From Ignavibacteria bacterium (GTDB lineage: Bacteria > Bacteroidota > Ignavibacteria > Kapaibacteriales > UBA2268), in assembly GCA_012518115.1 (NCBI GenBank), contig JAAYTD010000002.1, positions 13,710 through 77,709 on the forward strand: a stretch of 64,000 nt of DNA. The letters run 5' to 3'. Under the pieces are notes generated by a model that was not told the DNA's origin, did not search any database, and saw only the letters and a program-made list of their open reading frames with translations. The position numbers and the translations under genes are program-made. Positions 17,793 to 26,500 of the stretch are shown here, one piece after another; position 1 is the stretch's first letter, and each line of letters opens with the position of its first letter.

Positions 17793-18158
17793 TTTTTTGT
17801 CTGAATTATGATTTAAAATTTCCCATTCTGTGAATTGTCGGGGCGTATTGCATACGCCCTTTTTTTATCTGAACCGCAGATTAATGTGATTATGGATTAG
17901 TAGGATTGTGCCGTAGGCACAAAATTTCGGTAAAAGAAATGTAATCTAACTCATCTCGTCCCATACGGGACGAAACATAAGCAAGTATAAGTTTTTACCG
18001 ATATTTAATCCCTACGGGATTTTATAGGATATATAATTCATAGCCACACCTCCCCTGCTACCGCAGATACTCCTCTCAAGAGGAGAATTTTCCGCTCAGC
18101 GAACGACGCAAATTCCCCTTCAAAGAAGGGGTGGCAAACGAAGTTTGACGGGGTAGTC
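17793..18158. repeat. Composite hairpin-module repeat (locus B), colinear with the reverse complement of locus D
   Basis: The module order is gtctgaa, terminator hairpin ggggcgtattgcatacgccc, tgtgccgtaggcaca, tcgtcccatacgggacga, aatccctacgggatt, U1 (reverse) ccacacctcccctgctaccgcagatactcctctcaagaggagaatttt, then U2 (reverse) gcaaattccccttcaaagaaggggtggcaaacgaagtttgacggggtagtc. Confidence 0.85.
17840..17867 (+). terminator. Terminator hairpin carried by the repeat (downstream of the DUF2851-like gene)
   Basis: gggcgtat-tgc-atacgccc is followed by ttttttt. Confidence 0.6.
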
Positions 18159-19052
18159 TATTAATAAAACAATTGCATTATAGAAAATTTTTATAAGATC
18201 ATTTTTTCTTATTTTCGGCCGCTTTTCAAATATATTTTTTTCTAATTTTTCAATTTCTTTTAAAACAAAATTTCCACCTGAAATTATCATCGCAAGTTCT
18301 ACTCTAAAACGGAAGTTAGATATATTTTGCAATAATTTCTCTCCTTTTTTCATCATTTCCCGTGTAAATACTATCAGTTCTTTCAACATTTCATTATCTT
18401 CTAACTTCACGTATTTCTGAGATATTTCTAAAGGAATATAAGAACGATTTCTTTTTAAATCAATGGACAAATCTTGCCAAAAATTTATTAGCTGCAAGCC
18501 CGAACAAATATAGTTAGATAGGATTAAATTCTCCTCGTTATATTCATTATGAAGTCGCAAAAGTAACTCGCCTATAGGATTAGCAGAATTATCGCAGTAA
18601 TCAAGCACATCTTGAAATGTTTTGTAAGGTGTGAAATTAATATCACTTTTAAATGCGATTATTAATTTTTCAAACGTTTTTTTCGGGATATTAAATGTAT
18701 GTATAGTTTCTCTTAACGCAAAGAAAATAGGATTAGTTACTGTTGCATCTTTATTATCATATATCCAATTTAATGAAGAGTTAAATTCGTCTAATACCTG
18801 CAACGCTATTTCTTTAGTTTTTATTTTTGATAATTCATCTGCAATATCATCAGCTATTCTTGCAAAGGCATAAATTGAAAAAAAATGTTTTCTCAATTTT
18901 TTAGATATTAAAATTGAGCCTACAGGAAAATTTTCATAATGTCCGAGTGCTATTTTTTTACAAAAATCAAAAGCTTCATCTATGCCCTTTACCGCAAAAA
19001 TTCCGCCGCTGATTTTAGCTAGCTCCTCTAATTGATTTTTTTCTATAACCAT
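18120..19052 (-). CDS. Squalene/phytoene synthase family protein (HpnC-like)
   Basis: HYENFPVGS...FFSIYAFARIADDIADE carries the first Asp-rich motif, and DVLDYCDNSANPIGELLL the second region. The last 15 or so codons (DYPVKLRLPPLL) lie inside repeat module U2. Confidence 0.7.
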   Translation of the reverse strand: MVIEKNQLEELAKISGGIFAVKGIDEAFDFCKKIALGHYENFPVGSILISKKLRKHFFSIYAFARIADDIADELSKIKTKEIALQVLDEFNSSLNWIYDNKDATVTNPIFFALRETIHTFNIPKKTFEKLIIAFKSDINFTPYKTFQDVLDYCDNSANPIGELLLRLHNEYNEENLILSNYICSGLQLINFWQDLSIDLKRNRSYIPLEISQKYVKLEDNEMLKELIVFTREMMKKGEKLLQNISNFRFRVELAMIISGGNFVLKEIEKLEKNIFEKRPKIRKNDLIKIFYNAIVLLIDYPVKLRLPPLL

Positions 19053-19054
19053 AT

Positions 19055-20164
19055 TTAACTAAAGACCTTATCCCAATCTTTCCATACTGCTTCATAGCCA
19101 TGTTGTTTGATTGCTGCTTCCAATTCACTAGCTTCGCGATTATCATTAACTTCAAATTGTTCTAATTCAGTTACACAGCTAGCATATCCGCCCGGCTCAG
19201 TTTTAGAACCTGCACTCATTGAAGTAACTCCTAAAGTCATCATATTATCTCTAAAGTTTTGACTTTCACGCGTTGATAAAGAAATTTCAACATCTTCATC
19301 AAAAATACGAAAAGCCCATATAAGTTGTGCTAATTCCTTTTCAGACACTGGGTTAGGTGGTAGAAATTGCCCTTCGTATGGTCGCATTCTTGGGAAAGAC
19401 AAAGAGTATTTTGTTTTCCAAAATCTTTTTTGCAAAAATCTTAAATGTAGAGCCATAAAAAATGCTTCAACTCGCCAATTTTCTAAGCCTAACAACGCTC
19501 CTAAACCTATACGATAGATACCTGCTTCTCCCAGACGTTCTGGCGTAGCTAGTCGATAAGCAAAATCACGTTTCTTTCCTTTAAGATGATAAAAAGGATA
19601 TTTTTCTTGATTATAAGTTTCTTGATAAATATAAACAGAATTCAAACCTGCCGCAATAAGTCGTTTATATTCTTCTACTTCAAGAGGTTGAATTTCTGCT
19701 GAAATTGATGCAAAGCTAGGTTTAATTAATTTAATAGCATTTTCTAAATAATCAACTCCTACTTTTTTGCTTGCCTCCCCTGTTACCAACAAAATATGTT
19801 CGTATCCCATTTGTTTTATTGCAGTTACTTCTTGTAGGATTTGCTCATCGCTAAGAATTATTCTTTTAATTTTATTAGTATGATTAAAACCGCAGTAAAC
19901 ACATTGATTAGTACAAACATTTGATAAATATAGAGGTAGATATAATTGTATTGTTTTGCCAAAACGTCGTTGAGTTCTTTCTTTACTTTTTTTAGCAAAA
20001 ATTTCTAAATAATTTTCTCCTGCTTTTGAAACTAATGCTAAGAAATCTTGTTCAGAAATTACTTCTTTTTCAAGAACTTTTTCAACATCTTGCGGAGTTA
20101 TTTTATCAATTTTTTCTCCAATTTCGTCCCAATTAAACTTTGATAATATTTCTAAAAAATTCAT
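19055..20164 (-). CDS. thiH: ThiH-like radical SAM enzyme (2-iminoacetate synthase family)
   Basis: LYLSNVCTNQCVYCGFNHTNKIKRIILSDEQILQEVTAIKQMGYEHILLVTGE closely resembles the E. coli ThiH CxxxCxxC region as I remember it. The 369-aa size fits. Confidence 0.75.
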   Translation of the reverse strand: MNFLEILSKFNWDEIGEKIDKITPQDVEKVLEKEVISEQDFLALVSKAGENYLEIFAKKSKERTQRRFGKTIQLYLPLYLSNVCTNQCVYCGFNHTNKIKRIILSDEQILQEVTAIKQMGYEHILLVTGEASKKVGVDYLENAIKLIKPSFASISAEIQPLEVEEYKRLIAAGLNSVYIYQETYNQEKYPFYHLKGKKRDFAYRLATPERLGEAGIYRIGLGALLGLENWRVEAFFMALHLRFLQKRFWKTKYSLSFPRMRPYEGQFLPPNPVSEKELAQLIWAFRIFDEDVEISLSTRESQNFRDNMMTLGVTSMSAGSKTEPGGYASCVTELEQFEVNDNREASELEAAIKQHGYEAVWKDWDKVFS

Positions 20165-20205
20165 TGTATCTCTAATTATAAAAATAAGTTATAAAGATAA
20201 TACTT

Positions 20206-21612
20206 TTACTTTTTTTCCAATACTGTTACTACTTCAATATGATAAGTATGTGGAAACATATCCACAGGAAAGACTTCTTTTATATTGTAATCTTCTGCAA
20301 GAATCATTAAATCTCTTGCTTGTGTAGTTGGATTACAGCTAACATAAACTATTTTTTTAGGTGCTATTTTTAATAAATTTAGAATTAGATTTTTATTTAT
20401 TCCACTGCGTGGCGGATCTAATATCACAACATCAGGTATTTTCAATGAGTTAAGTAAGCTATCTATTTCTTTACGATGTAAATCAGCTACATAAAATTCA
20501 GCATTATTTATATTATTAAATTTAGCATTTTTCTTGGCATCTAAAATAGAAGTTTCAACTAATTCAACGCCATAAATTTCTTTACATTTTTTAGACATAG
20601 GCAAAGTTATAGAGCCCGTTCCACAATATAAATCCCACACTATATCATTTTCATTTAACTTAGCAGAATTACAAATCAAATTAATAAATTTATCTAATTG
20701 ATAAGAATTTGTTTGAAAAAAAGAAAATGGCGAAATTCTATAATCAATCCCTAAAATACTTTCAGTAATAAATTCCTTGCCACCAATATAAACAATTTCG
20801 CCTACGTTCACAGAATTATTAGGGTTAACTGCATGTACAATAGAAATAATATTTGGAAAATCTTCTTGAAATTGTTTTTTATACCAATCTAAAAATTTTG
20901 TATCTTCTTGTGTCGCAGGTGGATTTGTTACTAAAATAGCCATAGTTTCATTGTTTTTCAATGAATTACGCAAACATAATCCTTTTAAAAAACCTTCATT
21001 TTTATGTGTATTTAATACGCTTATGTCTAATTCTTTAGCTTTTCTGCGTACTGCATCTAAAATTTCATTCCATTCTATAGGTTGAATTTTACATTCTTGA
21101 ATATCAATAACTTTATCATAACGCCCGGGAACATGAAGCCCTAAAGCAAAATTTTTATCAAAGTTATCCCCTGTATTTATTTCTTCCGTTGTTAGCCAGC
21201 GAGAAGCTGAAAAAGAAAAGTCCATTTTATTACGATAATGTAAATTTTGCTCTGCGGGCATAACATCATTATATTCCTTGACTTCCAATTTACCAATTCT
21301 TTCATAAGCATCAATAACTTGCTTTTTTTTCCATTCAAGTTGTTTTTGATAAGTCAAGCATTGCCAGCTACACCCTCCACAATTACCGAAGTATTTACAA
21401 AATGGTTCTATCCTATCTTCTGATTTTTTAAGTATATTTTTTATACTAGCTTCTATATATGTCTTATGTTTTTTACGTAATTGTGCTATAACAACATCGC
21501 CCGGCAAACCACCTTTTACAAAATAAACCTGTCCATCTTTCCTAGCTATAGATATTCCTTCAAAACCTAGGCTTTCAATTTCTAATTCCAACAACACTTC
21601 TTTTTTATTCAT
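20206..21612 (-). CDS. rlmD: 23S rRNA (uracil-C5)-methyltransferase RlmD/RumA family
   Basis: An N-terminal TRAM-like domain is followed by the Fe-S cluster cysteines CKYFGNCGGCSWQ. The AdoMet motif is DLYCGTGSI. The C-terminus has DPPRSG and YVSCNP (catalytic Cys). Confidence 0.85.
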   Translation of the reverse strand: MNKKEVLLELEIESLGFEGISIARKDGQVYFVKGGLPGDVVIAQLRKKHKTYIEASIKNILKKSEDRIEPFCKYFGNCGGCSWQCLTYQKQLEWKKKQVIDAYERIGKLEVKEYNDVMPAEQNLHYRNKMDFSFSASRWLTTEEINTGDNFDKNFALGLHVPGRYDKVIDIQECKIQPIEWNEILDAVRRKAKELDISVLNTHKNEGFLKGLCLRNSLKNNETMAILVTNPPATQEDTKFLDWYKKQFQEDFPNIISIVHAVNPNNSVNVGEIVYIGGKEFITESILGIDYRISPFSFFQTNSYQLDKFINLICNSAKLNENDIVWDLYCGTGSITLPMSKKCKEIYGVELVETSILDAKKNAKFNNINNAEFYVADLHRKEIDSLLNSLKIPDVVILDPPRSGINKNLILNLLKIAPKKIVYVSCNPTTQARDLMILAEDYNIKEVFPVDMFPHTYHIEVVTVLEKK

Positions 21613-21636
21613 AATAACTCTTTATTAAAATTAAAG

Positions 21637-22608
21637 TTACATCATTTTTAATATAGAAACTCTTACAAATATCTCTATAATTAATAATAAAACAGAGACT
21701 AACAATATATAATAAGTTAAATATATTTCTTTATTTTCTATAGTAACATTATGTTCGTTTTTTTCAAGTTTATCTATTTCTGTATAAACTTTCTCAATAT
21801 CTTTTAATGAGCTCGCTTGAAAATAAGTTCCATTTGTTTCTTGAGAAATAGTTTCTAACATCTGCGTACTTTCAACTACTTCTTGATTATTATCTTTTAT
21901 ATATTTCCTTTTTCCAATAAATATTGAATAAATTTTGATATTATAAAATTTAGCTGCATCAACCGCTTCTTCAGGCGTAATTTCGTTAATGTTATTAAAG
22001 CCGTCAGTTAATAAAATAATAATCTTGGTTTTATTTTTTGAAAGCTTTAATCGTGAAACAGCGCTAGCAATCCCGCAACCAATAGCAGTTCCATCAGCTA
22101 ATCTATTTGTCCTTAATTTACTAATATTTTCTATAACTGAACTATGTTGCAATGACAAAGGATTCATAGCTATACTTTCCCCTGCAAAAGCTATAAGTGC
22201 AATTCTATCATTCTCACGTTTTTTTACAAATTCAATAGCTGCTACTTTAGTTGCTTCAAGTCTATTTTTAACACTACGAGTTTTTTGCATAAAGCCATCA
22301 ATTTCTTCCAACATAGATTGAGAAACATCTAAACAAATCGCAATATCAATTCCTTCTACGTAAGTATCTTTATTTTTTACAGTTATAACCGGTTGCATAA
22401 GAGAAATTATTAGCATTACAACTATTATGCTCCTCAGAAAAAAACTGAAATATACAAAATAAATCTTCTTACTGTTTTTATCTATATTAGCGCTAACTAT
22501 TGGAATTACAAATTCTTGCTCATTTTTTTTATGATTTTTTATATAAAAAAAAAGTATTGGCAAAAATATACCTAGCAATATAAAGTAAGGCGTTTGAAAT
22601 TCTAACAT
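21637..22608 (-). CDS. VWA domain-containing membrane protein (BatA-like)
   Basis: There are N-terminal TM helices and a vWA MIDAS motif DVSQSM...TAIG...LLTDG. A C-terminal TM helix is present. The 323-aa size fits. Confidence 0.75.
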   Translation of the reverse strand: MLEFQTPYFILLGIFLPILFFYIKNHKKNEQEFVIPIVSANIDKNSKKIYFVYFSFFLRSIIVVMLIISLMQPVITVKNKDTYVEGIDIAICLDVSQSMLEEIDGFMQKTRSVKNRLEATKVAAIEFVKKRENDRIALIAFAGESIAMNPLSLQHSSVIENISKLRTNRLADGTAIGCGIASAVSRLKLSKNKTKIIILLTDGFNNINEITPEEAVDAAKFYNIKIYSIFIGKRKYIKDNNQEVVESTQMLETISQETNGTYFQASSLKDIEKVYTEIDKLEKNEHNVTIENKEIYLTYYILLVSVLLLIIEIFVRVSILKMM

Positions 22609-22628
22609 TTATAATATAAGCACAAGAT

Positions 22629-23390
22629 TTATTTACGAGATACAACTGTAGCTGAAGCTTGTGCTGTCGGCGTTACTATAATTTCACGTAAATCTACATG
22701 TGGAGGTCTTGTTGCGACAAATAAAGCAATGTCTGCTACATCTTTTCCCGTCAGTGGCTCTAATCCGTTATAAACATTTTTCGCTCTTTCGGCATCACCA
22801 TGAAAACGCACAAGAGAAAATTCTGTTTCCACCATTCCCGGATCGATAGAAGTAACACGAATATTGGTGCCATTTAAATCCATTCCCATACCTTTAGATA
22901 TGGCATTTACAGCGTGCTTTGTCGCACAATACACACTTCCGCCCGGATAAACTTCATGTCCAGCTATTGAACCTATATTGATTATAGTGCCGTAGTTTTG
23001 CTTGATTAACATAGGCATAATAACTTTTGAAACATATAGCAATCCTTTTACATTCGTATCTATCATTTCCTCCCAATCATCTAATTTCCCCTCTTGTATT
23101 TTTTCTATACCTAGCGCTTTACCAGCATTATTTATAAGAACATCTATTTTTTGAAACTCTACAGGCAAATTTTCAAATTCATACTTTACCTGTTCGTAAT
23201 TTCTTACATCCATTTGAATTGTATGAATATTCACATTGTAAGATTTTTTTAGAGCTTCAGCATTCTTTTGAAGTTTTTCTATTCTACGCGCAGTTAAAAC
23301 TAAATTTGCTCCATTTTGAGCAAAAACTTCCGCACAAGCTGCTCCTATACCTGCAGAAGCACCTGTTATAACAACATTTTTACCTTTCAT
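22629..23390 (-). CDS. SDR-family oxidoreductase (YdfG-like NADP-dependent dehydrogenase)
   Basis: TGASAGIG is the Rossmann motif. NNAG and the catalytic YCATKHA (YxxxK) are present. The protein is 253 aa. Confidence 0.9.
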   Translation of the reverse strand: MKGKNVVITGASAGIGAACAEVFAQNGANLVLTARRIEKLQKNAEALKKSYNVNIHTIQMDVRNYEQVKYEFENLPVEFQKIDVLINNAGKALGIEKIQEGKLDDWEEMIDTNVKGLLYVSKVIMPMLIKQNYGTIINIGSIAGHEVYPGGSVYCATKHAVNAISKGMGMDLNGTNIRVTSIDPGMVETEFSLVRFHGDAERAKNVYNGLEPLTGKDVADIALFVATRPPHVDLREIIVTPTAQASATVVSRK

Positions 23391-23574
23391 AATTATTCCT
23401 TAAATGATTTATACAATATGATTAAAAAGTCAAAATTAATGTATTTTTTCTAAAAAAACACTATATTATACTATAAAATCTACAATAATTTAATTTTTTA
23501 TGGTATTTATTTTCTCAATATTTGCTATATTTCATCCGAAACTAGTTAGGAATATTATATATTTTTAATAATTT

Positions 23575-26500
23575 ATGAAATTATTTATCCAAAGAATTTT
23601 TATTTTACTTGCTTTCTTTGCTATATATCCAACTATCTTATTGTCTCAACAAGACTTACTTAAATTTATTGAAAATCGTGGACAATGGGAAAAAGAAGTA
23701 AAATATCTGCTAAAAACAAAATCTTTTAATGCGTGGATTACAGATTCAGCATTAATTTATGATTATTATTCATTAGATTTCAATAAAGATAATAAAAGCA
23801 TTGACAAAGTTAAAGGTAATGTTATTTCAATGCACATTTTAGGAACAAATTCTAAAAGTAAATTTACTCCTACCAAAAAGCAAACAACAACTTTTAACTA
23901 TTTTATTGGAAACGATCAAAATAAATGGAAATCAAATGTATCTATTTATCAAGAAGTTCTTGTTGAAAACATTTACGATAAGATTAATTTACGTTACTAC
24001 TTAGATAAAGATTTCCCCGAACATTTACGCTATGATTTTGAAGTCAAAGAAAATGCCGACTTAACACAAATAGAGTTCAATATAAAAGGTGCCGACAGTG
24101 TAGCTATTAATGAAAACAATGAGTTAATTATCATAACACAAGAAAACACTTTTTCTCACAAGAATATTTATGCTTATCAAAGTATTGACAATATCAATAA
24201 ACAAGTACCATGTTATTTTTTGCGAAAAGACAATGGTGCAATTGGATTTAAAGTAGATGATTACGATAAGTCTTATCCCTTGATTATTGATCCCTTAATT
24301 TATTCCATTTTAATTGGTAGTATTAATGCGGATTATGCTTATTCTATAGCTGTAGATACTTTAGATGCAGCATATATTACAGGTGAAACCTATTCACCAC
24401 GTTTCCCAATAACTTCAGGAGCTTATGAGTCGTATTTCAACCAAAACTATAGTCAGCATGGTAGTATTGATTGCTTTGTTGCTAAAATTTCTCCTGATGG
24501 CAAACAGCTTCTACATTCTACTTTTATTGGTGGAAGTAAAAGAGAGCGCGCAAATCACATAGCATTGGATTCAGAGCAAAATATTGTTATCGTTGGTGAG
24601 ACGGAATCGGCAGATACTATTTCGCCACATACAGGTTTTCCATTAAAAAGCAGCAATCCTAATTTTGCAAAATATAATGGTGGCTGGGATGTTTTTATAG
24701 CTAAATTCAATAATTCTTGTAGTGAGTTAATTTTTTCTATATTGCTTGGGTCTGATCTTTATGATATTTCAGGAGCTCTAGCTATTGATTCATTAGATAG
24801 AATTTATGTTGCTGGTCAAACACAAGCTTCTTCTTCAAAACAATTTCCAACAACTACAGGCGCTTATTCGCAAACTTATCAAGGCGGAAATAATGATGCT
24901 TTTATTTCCGTTATTAATCAAAGTGGTAATGAGCTGCTTTATTCTACTCTTTTTGGTGGAACGAAAGAAGAAGCACCTACCGCTATTCTTATAGATTCTT
25001 ATAAAAACATTTGCATTGTCGGCAACACAACTTCTTCAAATTTGCCGATAACTCCTAATAGTTATCAGCAGTTACATCGTGGTAAAACAGATATTTTTTG
25101 TACAAAATTTGATTCTACGTTAACAAATATTCTTTACTCAACTTTTATTGGCGGAAGTGATGACGATATTGTTAAAGATGCAAGTATTGATAATCTTAAT
25201 CAAATCTATTGCACAGGTTATGCAATATCAAACAACTTCCCTACTACTAACGGTGCATATTGTACTCAATCTAGCGATTCCACAGATATTATAGTTTTCA
25301 AATTGAATTCAACTTTTTCGGACTTACTTTTTTCTACAACAATTACTTCAAATTCACATAGTTACGCTACAGGAATAGCGCTTGATAGCAATAAAAATAT
25401 ACATATATCTGGCTATACAAAATCAAATGATTTCCCTACTACTGCAGATGCTTTTTTTATAGACTATTCCAAATATGGCGACATAGTTTATGTCGTTTTT
25501 GATTCATCTGGCACACATTTAAATTATTCAAGTTATATTGGTGGGAAAAATTATGACTATTCCTATGGAATTGCTTTAGATAAAGCAGGTTCTGCATATC
25601 TTGTAGGAACAACAACTTCAAATCAAGATTTTCCACACTCTAGAATTTTTACTGATACTTTAGTTATAAACAATCAAATTCGTACTTTAGATAGCTATGA
25701 TGCAGTAGTGTTCAAAGCAACGGACAAACCTTATCCCGGTGAGATGGAAACAAATATCAATAGTTTTGGAAACGAATTTTGTCCGGGAACTTCGCAGCTT
25801 ATACGGATTTTTACACCACATTCTTTTTATTTACCCGGAAATATTTTTTCAGTACAACTTTCAGATTCAGCAGGTACTTTTAACTCACCGACAATAATAG
25901 GAACGGTAGAAGCTACGGCAACTACAGATGTAAGTATTCAATTTCCCAAAAACTTACCTAAAAGTGAAAAATACAGAATTCGTGTAGTTTCCTCTAGACC
26001 TCGCTCAATAAGTAATGACAACGGACAAGATATTAAAATTAGAGATAGCTTCTTGCATTTAGAAAGTATTGACACAACGAAAGGATTTTGCACGGAGGAA
26101 AACGTCCAGCTTGTCGTTTTGAAAAATAATTGTTTTGAAAAAAATAATAAATTTCAAGTTGAACTATCTGATGAAAACGGCAATTTCAGTCAGCCGACTA
26201 TTATAGCAGAAAAAGATATAGACAAAAACATAGATACAGTAATTGTTGAAATACCTCAGATTACTAAAAGTGGTGATTATAAAATCAGAATATCCTCTAC
26301 TAATCCAAAAATAACATCTGAAGAAAGAAGTATTAAATTATTTAAGCCTGAAATTAATATTGTAACAGATCAAAATTTAGTATTTTGCGCTAATGAAGTT
26401 TTTGAACTTAATTTTTCTGCTAACCACTGTTTTAAATCTGACAACAATTTTTATCTTATACTTTCTAACGAAAATGGTAATTTTGATAATCCTAATGAAA

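Noticed and set aside
20165-20205. An expected TPP riboswitch upstream of thiH.
   Set aside because: Only 41 bp separate thiH from the upstream rlmD stop. That is too short and has no THI-box-like sequence (no CTGAGA motif).
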